Part shown: positions 26,878 through 37,084 of the stretch, in pieces
Numbering within the stretch: the stretch's first letter is position 1
Layout of the letters: each line of letters starts with the position of its first letter
Origin: Holophagaceae bacterium
GTDB taxonomy: Bacteria > Acidobacteriota > Holophagae > Holophagales > Holophagaceae
Reading direction: 5' to 3'
Length of the DNA stretch: 64,000 nt
NCBI GenBank assembly: GCA_025361205.1
Contig: JANYAS010000079.1
Location: forward strand, 488 to 64,487
Notes under the pieces: model-generated
Databases searched by the model: none
Seen by the model: only the letters and a program-made list of their open reading frames with translations
Told to the model about the DNA's origin: nothing
Program-made: the position numbers and the translations under genes

Positions 26878-28554
26878 ATGAACGAACGCGAGACGTTCCT
26901 CCAGGCTCGGAATCTCCTGTTCCAGCATCGGGAGGACCGTGCCGGTGCCCGCCGCGACTTCCGGTGGCCCGTCCTGGAGACCTTCAACTGGGCCCTCGAC
27001 TACTTTGATGTCTATGCCGCCGGGAATCCCCATCCCGCTCTCTGGATCGTGGAAGAGAACGGCAGCGAGGCGAAGGTCAGCTTCCAGGAGCTCTCGCACC
27101 GCAGCAACCAAGTGGCCAATGCGCTGAGGGCCCTGGGCGTCCGGCGGGGCGAGGGTGTGCTCATCATGCTGGACAACGTGCAGCCGCTCTGGGAGGTGGT
27201 GCTGGCCTGCATCAAGCTGGGGGCCGTGCTGGTGCCATCCACCCTGCTGCTCTCCCCGAAGGACCTGGAGGATCGCATCGAGCGGGGCGGCATTCGGCAC
27301 TTGGTGGTGGATGCCGCCCAGACCGCCAAGTTCGAAGGCATGGATCCCAGCCTCACGCGCCTCAGCGTGGGCGGCGAGGTCCCCGGCTGGAAAGATGTCG
27401 CCGGGCTGTACGCCGGTCCCACGAGCTATGTGCCCGATGCCCCCACCAAAGCCACGGACCCCATGCTGCTCTACTTCACGTCCGGGACCACGGCCAAGCC
27501 CAAGCTGGTCCTCCACACCCACCAGTCCTATCCCGGGGGCCACCTCAGCACCATGTACTGGGTGGGGCTGCGGGAGGGGGACATCCACTACAACATCAGC
27601 TCCCCCGGTTGGGCCAAGCACGCCTGGAGCAGCTTCTTCGCGCCCTGGAACGCCGGCGCCTGCATCTTCGTCTACCGGTCCGCCCGGTTCAGCGCCGCAG
27701 CCACCCTCCAGGTCATCGCCGACAAGGGTGTCACCACCCTCTGCGCGCCTCCCACCGTGTGGCGGCTATTCATCCAGGAGGACCTCGCCGCCTACAAGAC
27801 CAAACTCCACGCCCTGGTGGGGGCCGGCGAGCCCCTGAACCCCGAGGTCATCAGCCAGGTGCAGAAGGCCTGGGGCCTCACCATCCGCGACGGCTATGGC
27901 CAGACGGAAACCACCGCCATCGTGGGCAACTCGCCGGGCCTGACCGTCAAGGCCGGGTCCATGGGCCTTCCCCTGCCGGGCTACGACGTGCTGCTGCTGG
28001 ACGTGGACGGCAAGGAGGCCGAGGAGGGCGAGATCGCCCTGAAGCTCACTCCCAGGCCCCTAGGTCTCATGGTGGGCTATAAGGATGACCCGTCCAAGAT
28101 GGCGAAGGCCGAAGCGGAAGGCTTCTATCGCACGGGGGACGTGGCCACCCGGGATGCGGACGGTTACCTGTTCTTCGTCGGCCGGGCCGATGATGTCTTC
28201 AAGAGTTCCGACTACCGCATCAGTCCCTTCGAATTGGAATCCTTCCTCATCGAGCATGAATTCGTAGCTGAGGCCGCGGTGGTGCCCAGCCCGGATCCCC
28301 TCCGGCTGGCGGTGCCCAAGGCCTACATCATCCTGCGGGCTGGCTGCGAACCGAATCGCGACACGGCCTTGGCCCTGTTCCAGTTCATCCGCGAGCGGCT
28401 CTCGCCCTACAAGCGCATCCGGATTATCGAGTTCGGCGACCTGCCGAAGACCATCTCCGGTAAGATCCGGCGGGTGGAACTCCGGAAGCGGGCCGCGGAG
28501 CAGACCCATTCGCCCGCGGAATTCCGCGAGGAGCAGTTCCCGGAACTGAAATAG
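26878..28554 (+). CDS. AMP-forming acyl-CoA synthetase (ACSM/AcsA-like)
   Basis: YFTSGTTAKPK, GYGQTET, YRTGD, GRADD, LPKTISGKIRR. Confidence 0.92.
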   Translation: MNERETFLQARNLLFQHREDRAGARRDFRWPVLETFNWALDYFDVYAAGNPHPALWIVEENGSEAKVSFQELSHRSNQVANALRALGVRRGEGVLIMLDNVQPLWEVVLACIKLGAVLVPSTLLLSPKDLEDRIERGGIRHLVVDAAQTAKFEGMDPSLTRLSVGGEVPGWKDVAGLYAGPTSYVPDAPTKATDPMLLYFTSGTTAKPKLVLHTHQSYPGGHLSTMYWVGLREGDIHYNISSPGWAKHAWSSFFAPWNAGACIFVYRSARFSAAATLQVIADKGVTTLCAPPTVWRLFIQEDLAAYKTKLHALVGAGEPLNPEVISQVQKAWGLTIRDGYGQTETTAIVGNSPGLTVKAGSMGLPLPGYDVLLLDVDGKEAEEGEIALKLTPRPLGLMVGYKDDPSKMAKAEAEGFYRTGDVATRDADGYLFFVGRADDVFKSSDYRISPFELESFLIEHEFVAEAAVVPSPDPLRLAVPKAYIILRAGCEPNRDTALALFQFIRERLSPYKRIRIIEFGDLPKTISGKIRRVELRKRAAEQTHSPAEFREEQFPELK

Positions 28555-28595
28555 GCTTCGAACGCCCTTCTCCCTTCCCGCATGCCGGAGGCCCC

Positions 28596-30431
28596 ATGAA
28601 ATACCTCGACGATGATCGTGATATTCGCTTCAACCTCTTCGAGTGGCTCGATCTGGACGCCGTGCTGAAGGCTGGACCCTTCGAAGAGGTGGACCGGGAC
28701 CAGCTAGCCATGGTGCTGGATGAGGCCCTGAAGGTGGCCCGGGGCAGCGTCGCCGCCTGCAACGAAGAGGGCGACCGCACCGGAGCCCGGTTCGAGAATG
28801 GCAAGGTCAAACTGCCGGAGGGATTTGGGGCTGCCTACCGGGATCTCGCGTCAGGTGGCTGGATCAGCCCCACCATGGGGCCGGACTTTGGCGGCATGGG
28901 CCTGCCCGAATCCGTGGGGACAGGGATCAGCGAATTGATCATGGGAGCCAATACCGCCCTGGGCCTGGAGGTGCTGCTCACCCGCGGCGCCGCCCATCTT
29001 ATCGAGACCTTCGGAAGCGATGACTTGAAGGCCGCTTACTGCGAAAAGATGTACACCGGAGCGTGGACCGGCACCATGTGCCTCACCGAGGCCGGCGCCG
29101 GCAGCGACTTGGGCGCGCTCACCACCAAGGCCATCATCCAGCCCGACGGCTCCTACTTGCTCAGCGGCGAAAAGATCTTCATCACCAGTGGGGATCATGA
29201 CCTGACGCCGAACATCATCCATGCCGTGCTGGCCCGAACACCGGGAGCGCCCGCCGGACCCAAGGGCCTCAGCCTCTTCGTGGTGCCCAAGATCCGGGTG
29301 AAGGCGGATGGCACCCTCGGCGAAGGCAACGACGTCACCTGTGCGGGCATCGAGCACAAGCTGGGGATCCATGGCTCGCCCACCTGCAGCCTCGTCTTCG
29401 GGGTCAACGGCGCCAGCCAGGGTTTCCTGCTGGGGCAGGAGGGACAAGGAATTTCCCTCATGTTCCAGATGATGAACGCCGCCCGGTGGGAAGTGGGCGT
29501 CCAGGGGTTAAGCAACGCCTCCGCAGCCCACCAGGCCGCCTTGGCCTATACGAAGGAGCGCCTGCAGGGGCGCGGCCCCAGCGCGGGCAAAGGGGCCGGG
29601 CAGTCCCTCATCGTTGAACACCCCGACGTGCGCCGGATGCTCCTCATGCAGTCCGCCTACGTGCAGGCTATGCGGGCCCTGGTGTCCTACACCGCGTGGT
29701 GCATGGACATGGCCCACGTCTCCGCGGGCGAGGAGAAGGATCGCTGGCAGGGCCTCGTGGAGCTGTTCACGCCGGTCTGCAAGGCCTGGTGCTCGGACTG
29801 GGGCTTCCGGGTGACGGAATGGGCGCTGCAGACCTACGGCGGCTACGGCTACACCATGGACTATCCGGCGGAGCAGTACCTGCGGGACTGCAAAATCGCC
29901 TCGATCTATGAGGGCACCAACGGCATTCAGGCCCTGGATCTGGTGGGCCGGAAGTTCCGCATGCAGGAAGGCCGCCCCATGAAGGACCTAATGAAGCTGG
30001 TCGGGGCCACGGTCCAGGCCCTGGCTGCGGATCCAGTCCTGGGGCCCTCCGCTCAGCAGCTGGCCGACGCTGCCAAGGCCCTCGGGGCCGTGCTCCAAGA
30101 TCTCCCCACCCAGAAAAACGCCACCCTGCTGAACATCCTGAACGCCGTGCCCATCCTCGATATGCTGGGCCACGTGGTGGCGGGCCACCTGCTCCTCCAA
30201 CAGGCCGCCCTTGCGCAGCAGAAGGGCCAGGAGCTGCTGCGGGAGCGCGGCGTGCAGCCCGGGGACCCGGCAGCACTTAAGGCCCTGCTGGCAGAAAGCC
30301 GGGAGGCGGCCTTCTACCAGAACAAGGTGCAGGCCGCGATCCATTTCGCCCACCGGGGCCTGCCCCTGGTGGCGGCTCAGGCCGTGGCGCTGCTGGCCGG
30401 GGAGACGGCCCCCATGGAGGCGGTGTTCTAG
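28596..30431 (+). CDS. Acyl-CoA dehydrogenase
   Basis: GTMCLTEAGAGSD, KIFITSG, GGYGY, IYEGTNGIQALDL. Confidence 0.93.
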   Translation: MKYLDDDRDIRFNLFEWLDLDAVLKAGPFEEVDRDQLAMVLDEALKVARGSVAACNEEGDRTGARFENGKVKLPEGFGAAYRDLASGGWISPTMGPDFGGMGLPESVGTGISELIMGANTALGLEVLLTRGAAHLIETFGSDDLKAAYCEKMYTGAWTGTMCLTEAGAGSDLGALTTKAIIQPDGSYLLSGEKIFITSGDHDLTPNIIHAVLARTPGAPAGPKGLSLFVVPKIRVKADGTLGEGNDVTCAGIEHKLGIHGSPTCSLVFGVNGASQGFLLGQEGQGISLMFQMMNAARWEVGVQGLSNASAAHQAALAYTKERLQGRGPSAGKGAGQSLIVEHPDVRRMLLMQSAYVQAMRALVSYTAWCMDMAHVSAGEEKDRWQGLVELFTPVCKAWCSDWGFRVTEWALQTYGGYGYTMDYPAEQYLRDCKIASIYEGTNGIQALDLVGRKFRMQEGRPMKDLMKLVGATVQALAADPVLGPSAQQLADAAKALGAVLQDLPTQKNATLLNILNAVPILDMLGHVVAGHLLLQQAALAQQKGQELLRERGVQPGDPAALKALLAESREAAFYQNKVQAAIHFAHRGLPLVAAQAVALLAGETAPMEAVF

Positions 30432-30555
30432 GGCGCAGTCCCGCTGGGAAGGGTTCAGGGTAGGACCTCAAGGGGGCCCGGAGCCCTTGCGTCGCGGGCC
30501 GGTCGCCAGGTGGTTTCGCCTTGGTCTGCGCCATTCCACGGCCCTGCCGCGCCTT

Positions 30556-31071
30556 CTAGGGGATACCCGCCGGCCGGGCTTCCAGGAACGTCAGGTAGAG
30601 CCTTAGATCCAGCTCCAACTGGAAGTAGTTGGGTGCCATGTGCGTGCACAACTGATAGAACGCCTTGTTGTGGGCGCCCTCTTTCATGTGCGCCAGTTCG
30701 TGGACGAGGACCATCTTCAGGAAGTCGGCGGGCGCCTCGCGAAAGACGGCGGCCACCCGGATCTCCCGGCTGGCCTTGAGCCGGTGGCCCTGGACCCGGG
30801 ACACGGTGGTATGGGTGCCCAGGGCATGGCTCAGTGCCTGCAGCCTGCTGTCGTACAGCACCTTGGTGAGCGGCGGCGTGTTGCGCATGAAGCGGTTCTT
30901 CCATTCGACGGCAAGCTCGAACAGGGCCTTGTCGTTGCGCGCCGCATGGGCCTCGCCGTAGCGGCTCTGGAGGTAGTCCCCCAAACTGCCCTGGTCGATT
31001 AGGTCGAGGACCTGGGCCTGCACGGCTGGGCCGTAGGCCTCGAGGTATTTCAGGGGTATCGCCGGCTTCAC
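30556..31071 (-). CDS. YgjP/DUF45-like zinc metallopeptidase
   Basis: VLVHELAHMKEGAHNKAFYQLC; start GTG 31071. Confidence 0.8.
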   Translation of the reverse strand: MKPAIPLKYLEAYGPAVQAQVLDLIDQGSLGDYLQSRYGEAHAARNDKALFELAVEWKNRFMRNTPPLTKVLYDSRLQALSHALGTHTTVSRVQGHRLKASREIRVAAVFREAPADFLKMVLVHELAHMKEGAHNKAFYQLCTHMAPNYFQLELDLRLYLTFLEARPAGIP

Positions 31072-31123
31072 GGGGCCCCCCCACTCGGGCAGGCTGGACC
31101 AGTAGGCACTGGACCTTCCGCCC

Positions 31124-31972
31124 TCATGGGGTGCCGGCCAATCGGATCCCATCCGCCTCGATCAGAATGCGTCGGGTTTTATAGAGGGCGCCAAGGGTCT
31201 GCTTGAACACCTTCTTGCTGATGCCGAACAGCTCGTAGATCTCCTCGGGTCGGCTCTTGTCCGACACCGGCAGAAACCCGCCCCGGCGCTTCAATACGTC
31301 GAGCAGGCCCTGGGCGACGGCATCAATCTTGGCGTAGCCCGGTGCGCTGAGGGCAACGTTCAACTTCTGATCCTCGCGGAGGGCCTTGATGTAGCCTTCG
31401 CGGGTCTCGCCGCGGGTGAGCTCACTGAAGATGTCGCTGTTGTGCACCATGCCCCAGTAGCGGTGGTTGACCACCACGCGGGCACCGAGCTCCGTGAAGT
31501 CCGCGATCATCACGCCGATTTTGTCCCCTTCCTGGAAGCCCTCGGCCTCATCACGCAGGAAATCGTCCAGGCGGGAGGAGGCGGCCATCCGGCCCTGGTC
31601 ATCCGTGAACAGCACCACCATGACCTTCTGTCCCACTTTAATTCGCTGGCGCTGCTCGTGCTTTACTTCCTTCCACGGCAGGAGCAGGTCCTTGGGCAGG
31701 CCCCAGGCCAGAAAGGCCCCGGCCTTGTTGACCGCCACGACCTTCAGGTGAGCCACCTCGCCGCGTTGGGCGAGGGGCATTTTGATGCTGGCGCTGATGT
31801 GGCCTTCGCCATCCCTGTAGACAAACACGTTCAGGACCTGGCCAGATGCACTATCCCTCGGCACCTGGGCCAGCGGCAGCAGAAGCTCCCCCACGGAACG
31901 AGCATCGAGCAGGGCCCCCTCGGGCGTCAGGCGCAGGATCGTGAGTGCGTTGAGGGTGCCGAGGGTTGCCAT
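31124..31972 (-). CDS. cvfB: CvfB/YitL family S1 RNA-binding protein
   Basis: GAFLAWGLPKDLLLP, REDQKLNVAL, FGISKKVFKQTLGALYK. Confidence 0.88.
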   Translation of the reverse strand: MATLGTLNALTILRLTPEGALLDARSVGELLLPLAQVPRDSASGQVLNVFVYRDGEGHISASIKMPLAQRGEVAHLKVVAVNKAGAFLAWGLPKDLLLPWKEVKHEQRQRIKVGQKVMVVLFTDDQGRMAASSRLDDFLRDEAEGFQEGDKIGVMIADFTELGARVVVNHRYWGMVHNSDIFSELTRGETREGYIKALREDQKLNVALSAPGYAKIDAVAQGLLDVLKRRGGFLPVSDKSRPEEIYELFGISKKVFKQTLGALYKTRRILIEADGIRLAGTP

Positions 31973-32405
31973 CAAACCGCCAAAGGAAGGGGACCCTTCC
32001 AGGATAAACGCTTCAGGGTGGCCAACGGTCACGGCCACCGGGGATGGGGTGCTGCCCTCAGGTTTCTGTCCGGACCCTCCGGTCCGAAGCCACCAAGAGA
32101 GAGGAAGGCCGGCACCACAAAGAGAATGAACAGGGTGCCATCGACCCGTTCCTTCGAGGTGGCATAGAGGCTGAGCCGTCCGCACATGGGAGAAGGATAG
32201 CTGCAGCCGGCTGCGGAGTTCGGCCGCGAGCCAAAGTCTGATCACCGCAAAAGCTTCCCCCCTTTTTGGGGCTTCGCGGCAGAATGGACGCGAACCATGG
32301 GTCTAGAGAACCGATCGTGGAGCGTGAGCATCGAATGTTGATTTCAGCCGTCCATCTCGTTTCATTGTCAAAGCCCTGGGTCGCAGCACCGAGGGACCTT
32401 GGGCG

Positions 32406-33644
32406 GTGAGTCCAACCCTGATGGCCTGCCCCGAGTGTGACTACCTGCAGCAGGTTGAGGATCCGACCCGGAGCGGCATGGTTCTGTGCATCCGCTGCGG
32501 CGCGTTCCTTCGGAAGAGCAATCGCGGCTCCATGGACGCGGCGTTGGCCTGGTACCTCGCGGCCCTCATCCTGTTCGCCCTGGCCAACGCGTTTCCCCTG
32601 CTGTCGCTGCACCTCCACGGCACGGTGCAGGAGGCCTCCATACCGGGTTGCGCCACCCTGCTGGCCGACCTGGGCTGGCCCTGGCTTTCCGCCGTACTCA
32701 TCACGACCGTCATCCTGGCCCCCACCGTGCATTTCAGCGGCATGGTCTACGTGCTGTTCCAGATTCGAAGGGGCCGACAGTCGCCTTGGACCGCCCGCAT
32801 CTTCCGGATGGTGGGGCCCTTCCAGGCCTGGGGCATGGCGGAAGTCTTTGTGCTGGGCATCATCGTTTCCTACGTGAAGCTGTCCAGCATGGCTGAGGTC
32901 GTTCCAGGGCCTTCCATCTACGCCCTGGGCGGTTTCATTTTGGTGGCCGCAGCCGCCATCACCTCCCTGGATGCAGGCACCCTCTGGGAGGCCTTGGGGC
33001 CTTCCCCCGCCCACCCAGCGCCCCTCCCGGGCGCCGTCACGGCCCTTCAGGCTGCTCTGGTGGTGTGTCCCACCTGTGGTAGCCTTTCGCCGCTCCGCCC
33101 CCGCACCCGCTGCCCGCGCTGTGGGGCGACCCTACACAGCCGCAAGCCGGAAAGCCGGGAGCGAACTTGGGCACTGCTGCTCACCGCCATCATTCTGTAC
33201 GTCCCCGCGAATATACTGCCGGTGATGCAGGTGGTGTCCCTGGGCCGGGTGGAGGCGAACACGATTTTAGGCGGGATCATCTACTTTGTGGAGAGCGGGT
33301 CCTGGCTGCTGGCCCTCATCATCTTCATCGCCAGCGTGGTGGTGCCGATTCTCAAGATCGCGATTCTCAGCTTCCTGCTCATCTCCGAGCACTACCGCTC
33401 GGCCTGGCGACCGGACCAGCGGGCCCGCCTGTACCGGCTGACGGACCTGGTGGGCCGCTGGTCCATGGTGGATATCTTCGTGGTCACCCTGATGGTGGCC
33501 ATGGTGGAACTGGGCAACCTCGCCACCATCGCGCCGGGGCCCGGTGCCGTGGCCTTTGCCCTGATGGTGGTGGCCACCATGTTGGCTGCCACCAGTTTCG
33601 ATCCCAGACTGGTCTGGGATTCCCTGGAGCCTACCCATGGATGA
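32406..33644 (+). CDS. pqiA: Paraquat-inducible protein A (inner membrane component)
   Basis: CPECD..CIRCG and CPTC..CPRCG Zn knuckles; RWSMVDIFVV; FDPRLVWD. Confidence 0.93.
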   Translation: MSPTLMACPECDYLQQVEDPTRSGMVLCIRCGAFLRKSNRGSMDAALAWYLAALILFALANAFPLLSLHLHGTVQEASIPGCATLLADLGWPWLSAVLITTVILAPTVHFSGMVYVLFQIRRGRQSPWTARIFRMVGPFQAWGMAEVFVLGIIVSYVKLSSMAEVVPGPSIYALGGFILVAAAAITSLDAGTLWEALGPSPAHPAPLPGAVTALQAALVVCPTCGSLSPLRPRTRCPRCGATLHSRKPESRERTWALLLTAIILYVPANILPVMQVVSLGRVEANTILGGIIYFVESGSWLLALIIFIASVVVPILKIAILSFLLISEHYRSAWRPDQRARLYRLTDLVGRWSMVDIFVVTLMVAMVELGNLATIAPGPGAVAFALMVVATMLAATSFDPRLVWDSLEPTHG

Positions 33645-35229
33645 GATTCCTGAAGCTAAGGTCGTCATTCGGCGGCGCCCCTCCCTGGTCTGGCTGCTGC
33701 CACTGGTGGCGGCTTTCATCGGCGCCTGGATGGCCGTGAAGGCTTACCGGGCCACCGGTCCCACCATCACCATCACGTTCCTATCTGCCGAGGGTCTGGA
33801 GGCCGGACAGACCCGCCTGCGGTTCAAGGACGTGGATATCGGCAGGGTCACCGCCATCAATCTGAGCAAGGACCTCAGTCAAGTGGTGGTAACCGCCAAA
33901 CTGAAAAAGGAAGCCGCAGGTCTGCTCTCCAAGAGCACGCGATTCTGGGTGGTCAGGGCTCGCATCGGCAACAGCGGCATTTCGGGGTTGGGGACCCTGC
34001 TTTCAGGTGCCTACATCGTGATGGATCCGGGCCCGCCCGGCGCGGAGGGACCGTTCCAACTCGATTACAAGGGGCACGAAAGCGCCGGCCTGGTGACCAG
34101 CCATCTGCCCGGAGTCTTGGTGCACCTGCGCGCCGAGAAGGTGGGATCGCTGAATATCGGATCCCCCGTGCGGTACCGGCAGATCCGCGTGGGCGAAGTG
34201 GCGGGTTTCGATCTGGACAAAGGGGGGCGATCCATCTCCATCATGGTCTTCATCAATGCGCCCTACGACGCACTCATTCACAGGAATACGCGGTTCTGGG
34301 ACGCTGGGGCCCTGGACGTCTCCCTGGACACCACGGGCCTCCACGTGCAGTCGGATTCCTTCGTAGACATCCTGCTCGGTGGCATTGCCGTGGAGAACCC
34401 CATGAGCCTGGAGGACAGCGGACCGATGGTTCCGGGTCAGATGTTCACCTTGTATTCCAACCGAGGCAGCAACAAGGAACAGATATTCCTAGACCGCCAT
34501 TACTATGTGCTGAACTTCAGCGAATCCGTACGGGGTTTGGCCCAAGGCTCCCCGGTGGAGTATCAGGGCATCAAGGTCGGGCAAGTGGAGGATTTCAGAC
34601 TCGAGTTCCACACCGGGAGCCTGGAGGGCAAGATCCCCGTCCTGATCGTTCTGGAGCCCGAGCGCTTCTCGGTGGTGGGCGGCAAGAGCAGTTCCACCGA
34701 ACGTGTGATCGAACAGATGGTTCAGAAGGGCTTGCGGGCCCAGCTGAAATCCGCCTCCCTGCTCACGGGCGGCATGTTCGTGGATCTGAGTTTCCATCCT
34801 GAGGCCCCACGGCGGAGCATTGGCCACTATGGCAAATTCCCGGAGCTGCCCACCCTGCCTTCCACCATGGGGGCCATGCTGGCCAACATGGCCAGCTTCG
34901 TGGAGCGCCTGCAGAAACTGCCGTTAGAGGAGGTGGTGAACCAGCTGCGCGCCGCCCTCCCCGCCCTGAAGGAGACCCTGCAGCAGGCCAAAGCCCTGTT
35001 GACCCGTCTGGACCAGGAGACCGCGCCCCAGGCCAAGGAAACCCTGGCCCAGGCCCAGGCCACCCTGGCCACGCTGGACAAGACCCTGCGTTCGGATTCC
35101 CCCACCCAGCAGGAGCTCCATAAAGCTTTGGAGGAATTCGCCAAGGCCTCCCGGTCCGTCAAGGAGCTTGCAGACACTCTGGAGCGGAACCCGGAATCAC
35201 TGATCTTTGGGAAGGGAAAGCAGAAATGA
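33637..35229 (+). CDS. pqiB: Intermembrane transport protein PqiB (MCE domains)
   Basis: SLVWLLPLVA, GLEAGQTRLRFKDVDIG, TRFWVV, GLGTLLSGAYI, PESLIFGK. Confidence 0.93.
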   Translation: MDEIPEAKVVIRRRPSLVWLLPLVAAFIGAWMAVKAYRATGPTITITFLSAEGLEAGQTRLRFKDVDIGRVTAINLSKDLSQVVVTAKLKKEAAGLLSKSTRFWVVRARIGNSGISGLGTLLSGAYIVMDPGPPGAEGPFQLDYKGHESAGLVTSHLPGVLVHLRAEKVGSLNIGSPVRYRQIRVGEVAGFDLDKGGRSISIMVFINAPYDALIHRNTRFWDAGALDVSLDTTGLHVQSDSFVDILLGGIAVENPMSLEDSGPMVPGQMFTLYSNRGSNKEQIFLDRHYYVLNFSESVRGLAQGSPVEYQGIKVGQVEDFRLEFHTGSLEGKIPVLIVLEPERFSVVGGKSSSTERVIEQMVQKGLRAQLKSASLLTGGMFVDLSFHPEAPRRSIGHYGKFPELPTLPSTMGAMLANMASFVERLQKLPLEEVVNQLRAALPALKETLQQAKALLTRLDQETAPQAKETLAQAQATLATLDKTLRSDSPTQQELHKALEEFAKASRSVKELADTLERNPESLIFGKGKQK

Positions 35230-35834
35230 CACCGCAGACGATGTTCATCCTTTTCCTGGTCCTCACCGCCAGCCTGGGCTGCCTGAAGCACTCTCCACCA
35301 GCGGCGTTCCATACCCTCCGGCCGTTGGTCCGGGCCCAAGAAAAACCTGCGCCCGCCCCGGGTTCCATGGGCACCTTGGCCCTCGAAGTCATGCCCGTGT
35401 GTTTGCCCGAAGCGTTGCAACGACCCCAGCTCATGACCACTTCGGGGGCGGGCACGTTGGAACTTTCGGACACTCACCGTTGGGGCAATGGTCTGGACCG
35501 GGACATGCAGCGGGTACTGGCGGAGAACCTGACGGTGCTCCTGGGCAGTGACGCGGTGGTGGTCTATCCCTTCGGGGAACGGGTGAAGGCCGCCTACCGC
35601 CTCGAGGTGGATGTGCAGCGCTGCGATGGTCGCCCCGGCGGGGTGCTGAGTCTTCGGGCCACCTGGATGGTCATCCCCTTTTCAGGGGGGCCAGCCCTCC
35701 TGCGGAAAAGGGTCCACCTCGATGAGCCCGTGACTGGCCCCGATCTCGACGCGCTGGTCAATGCCCACAGCCGGATCCTGGAGACGCTCAGCCGAGAAGT
35801 CGCGGAGGGCCTGCGACAGGGGCTCCCGCGGTAG
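35226..35834 (+). CDS. pqiC: PqiC family lipoprotein
   Basis: Lipobox SLGC; HRWGNGL; directly after pqiB. Confidence 0.85.
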   Translation: MTPQTMFILFLVLTASLGCLKHSPPAAFHTLRPLVRAQEKPAPAPGSMGTLALEVMPVCLPEALQRPQLMTTSGAGTLELSDTHRWGNGLDRDMQRVLAENLTVLLGSDAVVVYPFGERVKAAYRLEVDVQRCDGRPGGVLSLRATWMVIPFSGGPALLRKRVHLDEPVTGPDLDALVNAHSRILETLSREVAEGLRQGLPR

Positions 35835-35861
35835 CTGTTTACAGGACCTTGGACGCCCCCC

Positions 35862-36617
35862 TCAGTTCGGTGCCACCAGGCTTGGGTTGGGCTGGGGCTC
35901 CTTGGGTGTGGGGAGGATGACCTCCCCGGTGGACCGCATCAAGAGGGTGTAGACCATGTTGGGCAGCAACCTGCCGTAGATCGCTTGGCCGTGCATGGCC
36001 TTCACACCTGACTGCTTGGCCAGCGCCTCATTGTTGGCCACGTCCCAGAAGCGGGTCCAAAGTTCCTGCTCGAAGGAGCTGGGGGCCGTGCGGGCCGCAT
36101 AGATCTCGGGAGCCACCCCGTGGCGGTCCAGGATGTACCCGTCGTCAGGCTTGACACGGTTGGTGAAGATCCGCCGGAAGAGCAGCAGAGCCTTGCCTTT
36201 CAGGGGGTCCGCCTGTTCCACGAAATGATCCTCGAATTTGATGACCAGGGTATCGATGTAGACTTCGTCGCCCTTGAGCTCCACCAAGCGCTGCTCCCCG
36301 ATGACGCCGCCCTGGGGGTCCAGTTCCGTAAAGCGCAGTTTGTTCACGGTCTCACCGGCTTCGTCCTTGGTCTGGGAAATCACTTCCAGCTGGGCCCGGC
36401 GCTCGGTGAATTCCAGCAGCTTCAGGTAGGTCTTGAGGCGGCCATTCTCCTTATCCAGCGACGCGATCCGGGCTACCATCTTGCGGCGAGGCGCCAGGAC
36501 CAGCTGATCAGCCAGGTAGATCCCCGCCGCCCCGGCGCCCACGATCACCACGGACCAAAGGAAGAGCCGGAAAGGGAAGGGGCGATGCGGGGCCTTGGTG
36601 GGAATCTGGTCGGTCAT
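35862..36617 (-). CDS. Hypothetical membrane-anchored protein
   Basis: N-terminal TM helix, short coiled coil, host-like codon use. Confidence 0.65.
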   Translation of the reverse strand: MTDQIPTKAPHRPFPFRLFLWSVVIVGAGAAGIYLADQLVLAPRRKMVARIASLDKENGRLKTYLKLLEFTERRAQLEVISQTKDEAGETVNKLRFTELDPQGGVIGEQRLVELKGDEVYIDTLVIKFEDHFVEQADPLKGKALLLFRRIFTNRVKPDDGYILDRHGVAPEIYAARTAPSSFEQELWTRFWDVANNEALAKQSGVKAMHGQAIYGRLLPNMVYTLLMRSTGEVILPTPKEPQPNPSLVAPN

Positions 36618-36689
36618 GGGTACCTCAGGGGAGACTCAACTAGCCATCAGTAGGCAGGACCGCCCCCGTGGGCTGGTGCTGGAGTCATG

Positions 36690-36872
36690 GATTTCAGTTC
36701 ATCCCGCGCAGGCAGGGTGTTTTGCCAGTGAACGTTGTTCTTCTGGGTCTCGATGGGTGCGGAGAGGTTGGAATAAAAGCGCGGGATGTTCTCGCGCAGC
36801 TGCGCGAAGATCCGATCGAATTTCCGCTTCGACAGCCGGGTCAGCAACTTTGCATACGCTAAATCCGTCAGG
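36690..36872 (-). pseudogene. Possible C-terminal remnant of an acidobacterial Zn-dependent phospholipase C-family protein
   Basis: LTDLAYAKLLTRL...LRENIPRFYSNLSAPIET resembles the C-terminal region of that family (recalled, not searched). Confidence 0.35.
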
Positions 36873-37084
36873 AAGGGCCAGGACGCGGACATTCAAAAAC
36901 CCCGCGCCATCCGGCCCGCCACCTGGCGATGACTGCTCCATCTGCTGCTCCTTCTGCGATGGTGCTGAACCACTTGAGGATCGCCGGAAAGGGCAGCGCC
37001 TCGCTTTTACGGTGTTGGGTCGAATGATGGGTCAAACACTCTAGAGTTCAACGGCCAGCCCCTGCCTTTTGGTGAAGCCTCTGG

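Noticed and set aside
902-30606. Long antisense/alternate-frame ORFs (e.g. 902-2173, 7434-8225, 10126-11061, 20166-21671, 25318-26841)
   Set aside because: Shadow ORFs of well-supported genes in GC-rich DNA; no motifs, and Arg/Gly/Pro-biased.
32406-35834. pqiABC as a novel system
   Set aside because: Canonical, well-described MCE transport operon.
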